This document shows, one piece after another, positions 46,641 to 56,967 of a stretch of 64,000 nt of DNA. The DNA lies in the NCBI GenBank assembly GCA_001782165.1, contig MFNV01000009.1, positions 56,123 through 120,122 of the forward strand, given 5' to 3'. Within the stretch, counting starts at the first letter, position 1. Each line of letters opens with the position of its first letter. A program made the position numbers and the translations under genes. The notes under the pieces are model-generated. The model had not been told where the DNA came from. It was given only the letters and a program-made list of their open reading frames with translations, and did not search any database. Source of the DNA: Candidatus Levybacteria bacterium RIFCSPHIGHO2_01_FULL_41_15. Its GTDB lineage: Bacteria; Patescibacteriota; Microgenomatia; Levybacterales; UBA12049.

Positions 46641-48002
46641 GTGATGGCAATAAAAAAATACCCCCTACAAGCTTTTGTAAGATGGAAGCACGTGTTTGGA
46701 AAAACGTATTTAATCATCGTGCCTATCGCCGCATTACTGGTTGCTGCTGTCCTTTTTATCCTGCAATCCAGTAATCTGAAGAGTTCTATGGCGGAGTTTA
46801 CCGGGGAAATCAGCGGGCTTGCGCCATTAACCAATGGTACCGCCTCACGAAGCGCAATTATTAATATTGTAGACCCAGGTACAGCACAACTTATTGTCGG
46901 AAAAGAAGTTAAAGATAATCTTTCTTCATACCAAATAAAAGCCTCTCCCGGCTGGAGGATGGCAATCCTGAAAGTGTGGGATTTTGACAGCAAAAAAATG
47001 TATGTTGGCGCAAGCAGGGCTTTTAATGTTTCAGAGGGGGAAACCTATAAGGCAAACATTGTAGTTAAAGAAACAGGAACCTTCAATGATATTTCCGCTG
47101 CAGTGTCTATTAAACCCGCTATCTTCGATATCTTTCATACGCTCTCCAAAAGTTTAATTGCCTATGCGGCAGAAGAAAAACCGGTTCTCGTTGTAATCCA
47201 CAAGCCCGGACCACACGGGCCATATTCATTCGAGGTATCAGTTATTGAGACAATCTTGGCTATTGATGGCAATTATGTGCAAGCGATCGACGAACAATCA
47301 TTGGGTGTGGTCGGAGAAGAGCGCAACTTGGAAAGCCTTACTCCGGATGCTTACGGCGACTTTACACCCCGCAACCCGAATTTCGTTGTGGAACTGGATA
47401 TAAAATTTAAAGTTAACTGGCCGGTAGTGACAATTTCGTTAATAAATGTGGGAAATCAGGAAGTAATCTGGAAAGATACAACAGATTCTAGAGTAGAGAC
47501 GAAGGCTTATGGTTTTAGTAATGTTGTTGAGCTTGCCGCGGACAAATTAGTTAAAAGTCTTAGCGGAAAAGGTCCTAATCCGGTGCAGTTTCCCAAATTT
47601 ACTCCATCAGTCCCAAAACCGGTGAAGTCTCCTGCAGAATGGGGGGCAAGGATGCGAAAAGCACTCGGTCTGGACAAGCAATCCGAATCCGGTACGGGTG
47701 TAGCTGGGCCCCAGACGGGCTCAGGGCCTCAATCACCGCCGCCTCCAACCACAATTTCTCCCTGTGATTTTAATGGCTTTATCAGCTGTAGAGATAAGTT
47801 CAATTTGCAGGGTTGTATAGATGCATGTCCGTTGGTTAATAAAACGTGCCCTGAAGGTACATCTCCTGATACGGAATGCAAAGAAACAGACGGGGAATGT
47901 TCAAATAAGTGCTGGAACCAGGGAAGCTCTCATGGCTCCCAGTGCGCGGCTATGAACCACTGTTCAATGAAAGAAGTTGAGGATCGTCTGCGCGCACAAT
48001 AA
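46641..48002 (+). CDS. Secreted/anchored protein with Cys-rich C-terminal module, unknown
   Basis: N-terminal signal anchor and a C-terminal cluster of about 14 Cys residues. Confidence 0.5.
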   Translation: MMAIKKYPLQAFVRWKHVFGKTYLIIVPIAALLVAAVLFILQSSNLKSSMAEFTGEISGLAPLTNGTASRSAIINIVDPGTAQLIVGKEVKDNLSSYQIKASPGWRMAILKVWDFDSKKMYVGASRAFNVSEGETYKANIVVKETGTFNDISAAVSIKPAIFDIFHTLSKSLIAYAAEEKPVLVVIHKPGPHGPYSFEVSVIETILAIDGNYVQAIDEQSLGVVGEERNLESLTPDAYGDFTPRNPNFVVELDIKFKVNWPVVTISLINVGNQEVIWKDTTDSRVETKAYGFSNVVELAADKLVKSLSGKGPNPVQFPKFTPSVPKPVKSPAEWGARMRKALGLDKQSESGTGVAGPQTGSGPQSPPPPTTISPCDFNGFISCRDKFNLQGCIDACPLVNKTCPEGTSPDTECKETDGECSNKCWNQGSSHGSQCAAMNHCSMKEVEDRLRAQ

Positions 48003-48014
48003 AAAATCCATTAA

Positions 48015-48088
48015 TGCTCCTCCGGGAGGATTCGAACCTCCGACCAATCGCTTAACAGGCGAGTGCTCTACCACTGAGCTACAGAGGA
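48015..48088 (-). tRNA. tRNA-Asn (anticodon GTT); CCA not encoded
   Basis: Hand-folded. Acceptor TCCTCTG/CGGAGGA, D-arm GCTC-AGTGGTA-GAGC, anticodon loop CTGTTAA, T-arm GGAGG-TTCGAAT-CCTCC. Confidence 0.85.
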
Positions 48089-48170
48089 AGGTGAAGATAT
48101 TTTACCATTTAAGATCACCAAAATCCATATCTTGCTTCATTTATAATTGCCCCGTGAATTTGAAATCTTG

Positions 48171-48809
48171 TTATTTTTTATTTCTATTTTGAGTTAAAGT
48201 GACCAAAAATGCTATAGAAAACGGAATAATATAAAGAATTCCTCCCCATCCCAGCCAGTTTGTATATTGTCTTACCGTCTCGTTTGTTTTGTCAATAAAG
48301 TTAAAATCTAAGATATACCACAGCTGTATATTTTTGATATGCATTACATATTCGTGGAAAATTTTTGGGGCAGCAATAGAAAATACAATAAACAGCCAGA
48401 CTGCTTTTGATTTTGAAATAATTTGTCGGCCAGAAATCTTTAAAAATATAAGAGACCAGATAAAAAAGTTCTCAAAAACATTGGGAAAGAAAAACAACAG
48501 AGGTTTTATGTTAAAAATAAAAAAGAGGAGTACCCCGCTTGCCCGCAAAAAATAAAAAAATACCGCGATTTTTTTTGCAAGAATATCTTTCCAGCGGTTT
48601 ACCGTAACTGCGGCAATGGTCAGATAGATCATGTCCATTACCTTATCCCAAGTCTGGTAAAAATCATAACTGAAGTCTTTTGATGTATGTAGAAAATCCC
48701 AATCATACCCGTCCAGAAGAGCAGATAGCAAAATACCAGGAAGGGGCCACTTAAAGATAAGAAGTGCGGCAGAGATTCTAATCAGAGAAAATATTAGAAA
48801 AGATTCCAT
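48171..48809 (-). CDS. Polytopic membrane protein, unknown
   Basis: 212 aa, hydrophobic. Confidence 0.45.
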   Translation of the reverse strand: MESFLIFSLIRISAALLIFKWPLPGILLSALLDGYDWDFLHTSKDFSYDFYQTWDKVMDMIYLTIAAVTVNRWKDILAKKIAVFFYFLRASGVLLFFIFNIKPLLFFFPNVFENFFIWSLIFLKISGRQIISKSKAVWLFIVFSIAAPKIFHEYVMHIKNIQLWYILDFNFIDKTNETVRQYTNWLGWGGILYIIPFSIAFLVTLTQNRNKK

Positions 48810-48888
48810 TTTTAATCTTCCGATCTATTTTACCATTACTAACAACTTTTGTTTGAAAAGCAAGAAGCATAATTATATACTGGTATAG

Positions 48889-50070
48889 GTGCAGATTAAG
48901 AATTTTAAAGCCCCATCCTTTCTCCCTGTTATAAAAACAAAGCTGCCTATTTTTTTTGCTTCTATATTAGTGGTATTGTCCATTGTTTTTATATTCTTCA
49001 TAAGCTCCTCCCAGACCGCAATAAAAGACGCAAGCATTAAAAACGCAGATCTTGAGAAAAAAATAAAAAACTTAAGTAGTGAGCTTTCAAAACTAAAAAA
49101 CCAAGACCAATATAAGGCAAACCAAGAACTTAAAACCAATATTAATAACATAGAAAATACTTATAAAGAGTCTCTGGGAATTTATAACAGGATGGCCGAT
49201 CTAAGGGCTCAAAACGTAAAAACTGCGGATTTTGAGAAGCAATTTGCTAAAGTCTTAAATTACTTATCAACTCTTAATTATTCATCAGCCAGTGCAGATC
49301 TTAAACTTCTTTCTGAAAATATTAAAAAGTCCGAAGACAGTCTTGTACAAGCTGAGATTGCTCAAATTGCCAACGTTGCTGTCAATAATAGTGCGCCCGG
49401 CGCTGGCTTCTCCCAGCAAAAAGTAGAAACAGAAAGAGGCGAATTTTTGGTATCTTTGGTAGCAGCAGATTTAAACTCAACCCGCGTTCTTGTAGATACA
49501 GCATCAGACGGCGATTGTCGGAATAACTGTCCTGTTTTGCCCTTGGCTACTTATGTGTCTCGCTCCGGAGGATTTGCAGGAATTAATGGTTCATATTTTT
49601 GTCCACCTGATTATCCAAGCTGTGCCGGAAAAGTAAATTCTTTTGACACTCTACTTATGAATAAGAATAAGGTTTATTTCAACTCCGATAATAATGTCTA
49701 CAGCAACGTTCCGCTTGTTTATTTCACTGGCAATACTATGGGAGTTCGGGGGCGCTCATCGGATTGGGGCAGAGACACAGGGGTTGATAGCGTAATTGCA
49801 ATGCAGACCTTGCTTGTGTCAGGCGGCAACCCCACGGGAGCTGTCGGAATAAGGGGAGCAAAAACTTTTATTGGAGCAAGAGGAAACATGGTCTATATCG
49901 GGGTTGTCTATAACGCGACATTTAATGAAGCGGGAATTGTACTTAAAACAATGGGAATTGATAACGCACTTAATCTTGATCAGGGAGGATCAACTGCCCT
50001 CTGGTACGGAGGTTACAAGGCAGGTCCCGGCCGCAACCTTCCCAACGCCGTGGTTTTTGTTCGGAAATAA
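48889..50070 (+). CDS. Membrane-anchored phosphodiester glycosidase (NAGPA-like) family protein
   Basis: C-terminal '…ALNLDQGGSTALWYGG…LPNAVVFV', with an N-terminal TM and coiled-coil. Confidence 0.55.
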   Translation: MQIKNFKAPSFLPVIKTKLPIFFASILVVLSIVFIFFISSSQTAIKDASIKNADLEKKIKNLSSELSKLKNQDQYKANQELKTNINNIENTYKESLGIYNRMADLRAQNVKTADFEKQFAKVLNYLSTLNYSSASADLKLLSENIKKSEDSLVQAEIAQIANVAVNNSAPGAGFSQQKVETERGEFLVSLVAADLNSTRVLVDTASDGDCRNNCPVLPLATYVSRSGGFAGINGSYFCPPDYPSCAGKVNSFDTLLMNKNKVYFNSDNNVYSNVPLVYFTGNTMGVRGRSSDWGRDTGVDSVIAMQTLLVSGGNPTGAVGIRGAKTFIGARGNMVYIGVVYNATFNEAGIVLKTMGIDNALNLDQGGSTALWYGGYKAGPGRNLPNAVVFVRK

Positions 50071-51156
50071 CTATCCTAAATAATCTTTTAATTTATTTCC
50101 CCTACTTGGGTGACGTAACTTCCGAAGAGCTTTTGCTTCAATTTGTCTTATTCGCTCACGGGTTACCGCAAACATCTTTCCAACCTCTTCCAAGGTCTTT
50201 GGTTTTCCATCTTTTAAGCCAAACCTTTCCTCAAGGACTCTCCTTTCTCGATCCGATAAAGTTGATAAAACCTGATCCACTTGTTCTTTGAGAAGTTCAC
50301 GGGATGCTGAGTCAAAAAGAGTTGGAGCAGTCGTATCATGTATAAAATCTCCAAGCCTTGAATCTTCCTCATCTCCGACAGGTGATTCCAAAGATGCAGG
50401 TTCTTGGGAAATTTTTATAATCTCCATTGCCTTGTCTGGATCAATTCCCAAGACTTTTGCAACCTCTTCAGGTGCTGGCTCCCGGCCCAATTCCTGCATA
50501 AGTTTTCGGGATGCCCTTAAAAACCTATTTATATTCTCGACCATATGGACCGGGATCCGGATTGTTCTTGCCTGATCGGCAATTGCACGGGTTATGGATT
50601 GGCGAATCCACCAAGTAGCATATGTTGAAAATTTATAACCGCGCCTCCAATCATATTTCTCAACTGCGCGTATCAAACCTTGATTTCCTTCTTGAATAAG
50701 ATCAAGCAGTGTCAAACCGCGGCCGACATATTTTTTAGCAATTGATACAACCAAACGCAGGTTTGAATTTATAAGGATTTTCTTTGCCTCCTCATCTGCC
50801 TTTTCCACTCTTTTGGCAAGAGAAATCTCTTGTTCAAAATTAAGAAGGGGAATTCTTCCGATTTCTTTAAGATACATCCTTACAGGGTCTGAGATCGTTC
50901 CTTCTGTAAGAACAGTAAGTGCCTCAAGTTCTCTTTCCAAATCCTCTATAGGTTTTTCACTCTCCTGATCCTGGGAAACTGATTCAAAAACATCAACATC
51001 AAGCTTTAAAAGTTTGTCATAGAGTAAGTCAAGCTCATCTATGTGTTCTTCAGGACGCGGAAAAATTGCCAGTATTTCATCCTGGGTAATATACCCTCTT
51101 TTTTTGGCAGAATTCACAATATCTCTTAAAAACGCTGCAGTTTTTTTAATCCTCAT
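50071..51156 (-). CDS. rpoD: RNA polymerase primary sigma factor
   Basis: Region 2 '[35 protein letters not shown]' and the region 4 helix-turn-helix. Confidence 0.95.
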   Translation of the reverse strand: MRIKKTAAFLRDIVNSAKKRGYITQDEILAIFPRPEEHIDELDLLYDKLLKLDVDVFESVSQDQESEKPIEDLERELEALTVLTEGTISDPVRMYLKEIGRIPLLNFEQEISLAKRVEKADEEAKKILINSNLRLVVSIAKKYVGRGLTLLDLIQEGNQGLIRAVEKYDWRRGYKFSTYATWWIRQSITRAIADQARTIRIPVHMVENINRFLRASRKLMQELGREPAPEEVAKVLGIDPDKAMEIIKISQEPASLESPVGDEEDSRLGDFIHDTTAPTLFDSASRELLKEQVDQVLSTLSDRERRVLEERFGLKDGKPKTLEEVGKMFAVTRERIRQIEAKALRKLRHPSRGNKLKDYLG

Positions 51157-51181
51157 GCTAAATCTATTTTACCACAATAAC

Positions 51182-52972
51182 CTATAATTTTGAAGCTGAA
51201 TTTACGGCCCTAAGAAGCTTAAGAAGTGAATCCAATTCTTTCTGAAGGACAAGTCTTTCCTTAGGTTGCCTCTGATTTAGGTTTTGGGATATACTTCTTA
51301 TTTTATTTCTGATATTTAAAACCTTAAGTTCATCTAGTACCTTCTCAACTTCTTCCTGATATTTTTTATCATCTTCAATCTTGGGAAGGGAAAAAAGAAA
51401 ACAAATGTCAAAGAGGGGTAAAATTTCTTTGGGAAGAGTTTTTGCGAATTTTTTCTCATCAAACTTTTCATTTCTCGCAAGATAGGCAGTAAGATTTTCG
51501 AGAATTTTTTTATAGGAGGGGGTATCAAAAGAATAATCAGAAAGATTTTTGAATACTAAGGCTGCCATCTCTTTTGGATTCTTCCCCTGAATGATAAGCG
51601 ATGTCAAATATTCCTCAAGAATTTCTTTTCTTGTTTTTTTGTCCTTCCCTATAGGAAACTCGGGAATTTGTGCCTCTTTTCTTAAGACTTTTTCAAGTTC
51701 CTTCAGAAGGCTATCAAAAGTTACTTCAAGTCTTAAAGAAAGTAATTTAAGATAGTGTTCTTTTACAATCTCGTTATCAATAAGAGATATAAAAGGCAGA
51801 AGATTTCCTGTTATTTTTTTCTTTCCTTCTCCCGTCTGTCTGTCAAATTTATTAAGGAAACTGTCAATCAAAAAGTCGTATATTCCTATATCTTTTTTAA
51901 GTGCTTTTTTGAAAAATAGAGGGTCTTTTTTGATTGCCTCATCAGGATCCTTAAAAGTTCCAAGATCTATTATTGTGGTGGTAAGGTCTTTCTTTTCAAG
52001 AGCTGCTAAGCTTCTTTTTATAGCCTCAAAACCTGCCTCATCCTGATCAAGACATAACGTCACTTTTTCGGCAAATCTTGACAGAAGAGAGACCTGATTC
52101 TCCGTAAGTGCCGTTCCTTTTATTGCAACAACATTCTTAATCCCTTGTGAATAACAGGAAATAACATCAAACTCTCCCTCAACTATTATTGCCCGGCTGT
52201 TTTTCTTAATCTCCTCTTTGGCAAGATTAAGCCCGAAAAACATACTTCCCTTGTGGTATGCAAGGGTATCCCGTGTATTTACATATTTTGACCCCGCCAA
52301 AGGCGGGGCTGATTCTCTTTCTTCTCTTAAAATCCGTCCTGAAAAAGCAACAAGATTATCTCTGTGATCATAAATTGGAAACATTATTCTGTCTCTAAAG
52401 AAATCTACAATTCTTCCTCCCTTTGAAAAAGAAAGACCTGATTCTAAAAGATCGGAAGGTTTATATTTTTTCTTTTCTATTAAAAATTTGGAGAGCGCAT
52501 ATCCCCTGCCCGGAGAATAACCTATTTTAAATGTTTCAATGAGCTTTGGGCTGATTTTCCTTTTATAAAGATATGAGAGCGCTTTTTTCCCAAGCGGGTG
52601 CTTTGTCAAAACGAAATGGTAAAAATCAGAGGAAAGATTATTTAATTTATAGATCTTTTCTTTTTGGGATGTTCCCTGTTTGACAAAATCGGTCTCTGAA
52701 AGCTCAACTCCTGCCTTCCTTGCAAGTATTCTTAAAGCCTCGATAAATTCGAGTTTTTCATATTCCATTAGAAACGTGTAGCAATCTCCACCCTTGCCGC
52801 AGCCAAAACAATGCCAAATCTGTCTTTCCGGAGATACCACAAAAGAAGGTGTTTTTTCGTTATGGAAAGGGCAAAGAGCCTTAAAATTCCTTCCCATTTT
52901 CTTAAGGGGAATATATTCGCTTATCAAAGAAGGCAAATCTATCTTTTCCCTAACTCTTGCAACTTCGTCCAT
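51182..52972 (-). CDS. dnaG: DNA primase
   Basis: 'CPFHNEKTPSFVVSPERQIWHCFGCGKGGD' zinc-binding domain and the TOPRIM 'IVEGEFD'. Confidence 0.93.
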   Translation of the reverse strand: MDEVARVREKIDLPSLISEYIPLKKMGRNFKALCPFHNEKTPSFVVSPERQIWHCFGCGKGGDCYTFLMEYEKLEFIEALRILARKAGVELSETDFVKQGTSQKEKIYKLNNLSSDFYHFVLTKHPLGKKALSYLYKRKISPKLIETFKIGYSPGRGYALSKFLIEKKKYKPSDLLESGLSFSKGGRIVDFFRDRIMFPIYDHRDNLVAFSGRILREERESAPPLAGSKYVNTRDTLAYHKGSMFFGLNLAKEEIKKNSRAIIVEGEFDVISCYSQGIKNVVAIKGTALTENQVSLLSRFAEKVTLCLDQDEAGFEAIKRSLAALEKKDLTTTIIDLGTFKDPDEAIKKDPLFFKKALKKDIGIYDFLIDSFLNKFDRQTGEGKKKITGNLLPFISLIDNEIVKEHYLKLLSLRLEVTFDSLLKELEKVLRKEAQIPEFPIGKDKKTRKEILEEYLTSLIIQGKNPKEMAALVFKNLSDYSFDTPSYKKILENLTAYLARNEKFDEKKFAKTLPKEILPLFDICFLFSLPKIEDDKKYQEEVEKVLDELKVLNIRNKIRSISQNLNQRQPKERLVLQKELDSLLKLLRAVNSASKL

Positions 52973-53319
52973 AATTTTAAGATTTAAAGCAGGTCTATTT
53001 TATCACTCGTAGAATGAGTTTAAAACTACCCAAAATTTGGCTAAGGCTCTTCAAGTTTTCTAAAATATTTTACTGCAAACTTGACAAAATCTTAATACTA
53101 TTTATATGTGATCAAAAATCGTTGATATGTGGATCTGTTTTGATTTTATTAAAGGAGTATCATCATAAATTGAATAAATTTTTTATCAAAAATTTTTATT
53201 GTCAAAGTAGAAACAATTATGGAATCGATACGCCCCGAACATAGCACTAATTACCGAGAATTTCCCGACTTTATCCCGAATGCGAAGCAAAGCCATGCGC
53301 TTTGGAACGATTCACAATT

Positions 53320-54492
53320 TTACGCATAGCTTTTTCCGACGTTTGTGACTAAGATGCTGTGAGGATGGCTTTCTGCCAAAGATGCCTGTGTTATTTGAAT
53401 AAATTTTCCCTTTTTCCAAAGCTCTTTTATGCTCCTTGCCCCTACATAATACATCCCTGATTTTATTCCACCGATTGCCTGAGCAGCTAAATCCTCTACT
53501 TTTCCTTTGACAGGAACCAAACCTTCAACTCCCTCTGCAATTAGAACTCTGTCTTTATAATCTTTGTTATGAAACTCTCCTTCTGATTTCACCTTTGCTC
53601 CCTTTTTCATAGCTCCCTCTGATCCCATTGCCCTGTACTCTTTAAAATAAAATCGTTTTTGTCTTTTTTCCAAAATACTTAAAAACCTTTGAGGAACCTG
53701 TTCTCGCTTAAGTATCAGAACTCTTCCAGGAGATTCTAAGGCAGATGCAAAAAAACTTCCCATCATAACAGTTGATGCGCCACAAGCTAAGGCTTTTACA
53801 ATATCGCCTGAATATTTTATTCCGCCGTCTGCAATAATCGGAACATTTGCATTTTTTGCGACTTTTGAGATTTCCATAATGGCAGTAATTTGAGGGACAC
53901 CCATTCCAGAAATTATTCTTGTTGTGCAGATTGCGCCAGGTCCCATACCGACTCGCAAGCCATCTGCTCCCACTTGAATTAAAGCTTTTGCCCCATCCCT
54001 TGTTGCAATATTTCCCGAAATTACTTCTACTTTTTTAAAATTCTTTTTTATATATTTTGTTGCGTCAATAACTGCCTTTGAAAACCCATGAGCCGAATCA
54101 ACAACTATTACATCGATTCCAGCTTTAACCAAAGCCTCTGCTCGTTTTTCAAAGTTGCTCGCGCCGACTGCAGCTCCAACAATTAATTTTTGAGCCTTAA
54201 CCTTTTTAACTTCTTTCGCCTGATTTTCTATAGTTAAGTTGCGATGGATAATCCCGGCTCCTCCTAATTTTGCCAAAGCTATGGCAAGTTTTGCTTCAGT
54301 AACTGTGTCCATTGGGGAAGAAACAAAAGGAATAGAAAGTTTTGTTTTCTTAGTGAGTTGAGTTGATAACTCTATCTCAGGACGAGTAAAATCCGAGTAA
54401 CCGGGCACAAGAAGAACATCATCAAATGTCAGTCCCAAAGAAAATACGCTAGTACTGAGCGGAGTCGAATGTACAGATTTTTGAGGCTCCAT
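53320..54492 (-). CDS. guaB: IMP dehydrogenase family protein (CBS-less form)
   Basis: '…[13 protein letters not shown]' catalytic Cys loop and '[14 protein letters not shown]'. About 390 aa. Confidence 0.85.
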   Translation of the reverse strand: MEPQKSVHSTPLSTSVFSLGLTFDDVLLVPGYSDFTRPEIELSTQLTKKTKLSIPFVSSPMDTVTEAKLAIALAKLGGAGIIHRNLTIENQAKEVKKVKAQKLIVGAAVGASNFEKRAEALVKAGIDVIVVDSAHGFSKAVIDATKYIKKNFKKVEVISGNIATRDGAKALIQVGADGLRVGMGPGAICTTRIISGMGVPQITAIMEISKVAKNANVPIIADGGIKYSGDIVKALACGASTVMMGSFFASALESPGRVLILKREQVPQRFLSILEKRQKRFYFKEYRAMGSEGAMKKGAKVKSEGEFHNKDYKDRVLIAEGVEGLVPVKGKVEDLAAQAIGGIKSGMYYVGARSIKELWKKGKFIQITQASLAESHPHSILVTNVGKSYA

Positions 54493-54640
54493 AATTTACT
54501 ATATAGGCAATCTTTTACTTTGTCAAGCGCAGCGAAGACCCCTCTTTAATCGCTCCGTGAGCCGTTCCGCCAACTGGCGGATGAAAAGGAGAACGGGGAG
54601 ATTGGTGGGGTCAAGATTTTAAAAATGCTATTATAAATAT

Positions 54641-54700
54641 ATGCTGGCAAAGGTAAATTCATCGGCGATTATGCGACTTATCAATTTGACAAGGTGTGAG
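54641..54700 (+). pseudogene. Decayed duplicate of the comM 5' end (first 10 codons MLAKVNSSAI identical to intact comM)
   Basis: 54639-54654 is identical over 16 nt to 55341-55356, then about 65% identical for roughly 40 nt. The frame closes after 37 codons. Confidence 0.4.
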
Positions 54701-54722
54701 ATAATATCTATGATTACAGCAT

Positions 54723-54917
54723 ATGAAAATCGTAGATCTATCAAAATTGCTTAAAAAATATAAATCAGGCTGGGTGGCAATAGATAAAAAAAACAAGGTT
54801 GTGGCTCACGGAAAAACTTTTGCCTTAACTTGTCAAAAAATTAAAAATACAAAAGACATCTTGCTTGTTCCTGCTTCTAAAAACTACTTTGGCTTTGTAA
54901 CCACATGTAATGGCTAA
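54723..54917 (+). CDS. Small DUF5678-like protein
   Basis: '…KYKSGWVAIDKKNKVVAHGKTF…' (my recollection is that this family often pairs with retropepsin-like proteases). Confidence 0.4.
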   Translation: MKIVDLSKLLKKYKSGWVAIDKKNKVVAHGKTFALTCQKIKNTKDILLVPASKNYFGFVTTCNG

Positions 54918-55308
54918 ATATCCATATTTTTCCCCAGACAATAAAACATTCAAGCCATGGATTAAGATATCTCTTGGATATAGAAAGACTCACAAAGTAA
55001 GTCCGGGTGTAATTGCGCTCGTTGATTCGGGTGCAGATGTTTGTTTTTGCAAAGAGGATATTGGAATTTGGTTGGGAATTAATTTTTCAAGAAAAGAACA
55101 GACAATTTTTACTACCGCAAACAGAAGTACGTTCCGAGCCAAAAAAGAAACGATTACATTATATGCCTGTGGCAAAAACTATGAGTGCCTCTTTTATTTT
55201 ACTAACGATTTGCCCCATGAAACACCAATTATTCTTGGGCAAGTGGGCTTCTTCGATCATTTTAAAATTACTTTTGATTTAAGAAATAAAGAGATAGAAA
55301 TCCTCTAG
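54910..55308 (+). CDS. Retropepsin-like aspartic protease (clan AA)
   Basis: 'VIALVDSGADVCF' D(S/T)GA active-site motif. 132 aa. Confidence 0.62.
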   Translation: MAKYPYFSPDNKTFKPWIKISLGYRKTHKVSPGVIALVDSGADVCFCKEDIGIWLGINFSRKEQTIFTTANRSTFRAKKETITLYACGKNYECLFYFTNDLPHETPIILGQVGFFDHFKITFDLRNKEIEIL

Positions 55309-55342
55309 CTTATCTTCATAATCTTTCTGTTATAATTTTTAT

Positions 55343-56938
55343 ATGCTGGCAAAGGTGAATTCCAGTGCGATTGTCGGACTTGATGCAGTGCCGATTGAGG
55401 TTGAAGTTGATATTGCCTCACAAGGACTGCCTTCTTTCACGATAGTGGGGCTTCCGGATAAGGCTGTTGAAGAATCAAAAGAGAGAGTAAGATCTGCTAT
55501 TAAAAACTCAGGGGCTGACTTTCCTGCCAAAAGAATAACTGTCAATCTTGCACCTGCCGATCTTCCAAAAGAAGGACCTTCCTATGATCTTCCTATAGCA
55601 ATAGGAATTCTTCTTGCAAATGGTCAATTTGAGGCCGATATTTCCGATGCTCTGTTTATAGGAGAGCTTGCTTTAGATGGTAGACTTAGGCATACCAACG
55701 GTATTTTATCCCAGATAATAATGGCAAAAAATAGAAGAATTAAAAGAGTTTTTATTCCCGAAAAAGATGTAAAAGAAGCTTCAATTTTGACGGGTATCAA
55801 GATTTATCCTGCCGACAATCTTATTTCTCTTCTTAAACATTTCTCAGGCGAAGAAGAGATTGCACCTGCAAAAAATATTAATATAGATTCCCTATCAAAA
55901 GACGTTTCGTTTGACTTTGATATGGCAGATGTCAAAGGGCAGGAGCAGGCAAAAAGGGCTTTTGAAATTGCAGCAGCAGGTGCTCACAATATTTTAATTA
56001 AAGGCCCGCCGGGCTCTGGAAAAACAATGCTTGCCCGAACGCTTCCCTCCATTCTACCCCGTCTTACTTTTGATGAAGCTTTGGAAGCAACCCGAATCTA
56101 TAGCATCTCAGGGCTTTTAGACAACAACGCTCTCATAATTAAAAGGCCTTTCCGCGCACCGCACCATACGACTTCTCATGTAGGACTTATAGGCGGAGGA
56201 ACATATCCTAAGCCTGGAGAAATTTCTCTTGCCCACCGCGGCGTTTTATTTTTGGATGAGTTTCCTGAATTCCCCCGCTTCGTCCTTGAGGCTTTAAGAC
56301 AACCAATGGAAGATGGGATTATAACAATTTCAAGATCATCAGGCCGGCTTAAATTCCCTGCCAAATTCATGTTGGTTGCCGCACAGAATCCATGCCCGTG
56401 TGGCTATCTTGGGGACAAGTCAAATAAATGCAAGTGTTTATACAGTCAAATTATCAAATATCAAAAGAGGGTCTCGGGACCTCTTCTTGATAGGATTGAC
56501 ATTCATCTTGAAATCCAGCCGGTTAGAACTGATAAACTAACGGCAGATGATAAAAGCCTGCCCGCCCACCAGCGGGTAAAAACCTCAAAAGAAATCCAAA
56601 AGAAGGTACAGAATGCTAGAGATATCCAGCTTAAAAGATTTAAAAGCAACTTGTCTGCTCGCCTCGCGGCGGAGCGGACCGGCAGGCAGGGAAAAATTAC
56701 TTCAAATTCCGAAATGTCAACAAGAGACATAAAGGAACTTTGCAAGCTATCCGAAGAGTGTTTGGAAATTTTAAGGCTTGCGGTTGCGCGCATGAGCCTT
56801 TCGGCAAGATCTTATTATAAAACTATTAAGCTTGCCCGGACAATTGCAGATTTAGAAGAGATAAAAGAAATAAAACCTGTTCATGTCGCAGAAGCTCTGC
56901 AGTATAGACCAAGGCAAGAAACAACAATCAGTTATTAG
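55343..56938 (+). CDS. comM: YifB/ComM Mg-chelatase-like AAA+ ATPase
   Basis: ChlI-like AAA+ ATPase with Walker A 'GPPGSGKTM'. Typical family length (531 aa). Confidence 0.9.
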   Translation: MLAKVNSSAIVGLDAVPIEVEVDIASQGLPSFTIVGLPDKAVEESKERVRSAIKNSGADFPAKRITVNLAPADLPKEGPSYDLPIAIGILLANGQFEADISDALFIGELALDGRLRHTNGILSQIIMAKNRRIKRVFIPEKDVKEASILTGIKIYPADNLISLLKHFSGEEEIAPAKNINIDSLSKDVSFDFDMADVKGQEQAKRAFEIAAAGAHNILIKGPPGSGKTMLARTLPSILPRLTFDEALEATRIYSISGLLDNNALIIKRPFRAPHHTTSHVGLIGGGTYPKPGEISLAHRGVLFLDEFPEFPRFVLEALRQPMEDGIITISRSSGRLKFPAKFMLVAAQNPCPCGYLGDKSNKCKCLYSQIIKYQKRVSGPLLDRIDIHLEIQPVRTDKLTADDKSLPAHQRVKTSKEIQKKVQNARDIQLKRFKSNLSARLAAERTGRQGKITSNSEMSTRDIKELCKLSEECLEILRLAVARMSLSARSYYKTIKLARTIADLEEIKEIKPVHVAEALQYRPRQETTISY

Positions 56939-56967
56939 TTATTCGTTGTTAGTTATTAGTTTGAATT

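Noticed and set aside
47977-48192. ORF 47977..48192 (+)
   Set aside because: It overlaps the tRNA-Asn gene on the opposite strand. Spurious.
53014-53244. ORF 53014..53244 (+), and possible DnaA boxes (TGTGATCAA / TGTGGATCT) in the dnaG-guaB intergenic region
   Set aside because: The ORF is AT-rich and low-complexity with no support. The DnaA-box matches are only 6-7/9 and not clustered with dnaA/dnaN, so there is insufficient evidence for oriC.
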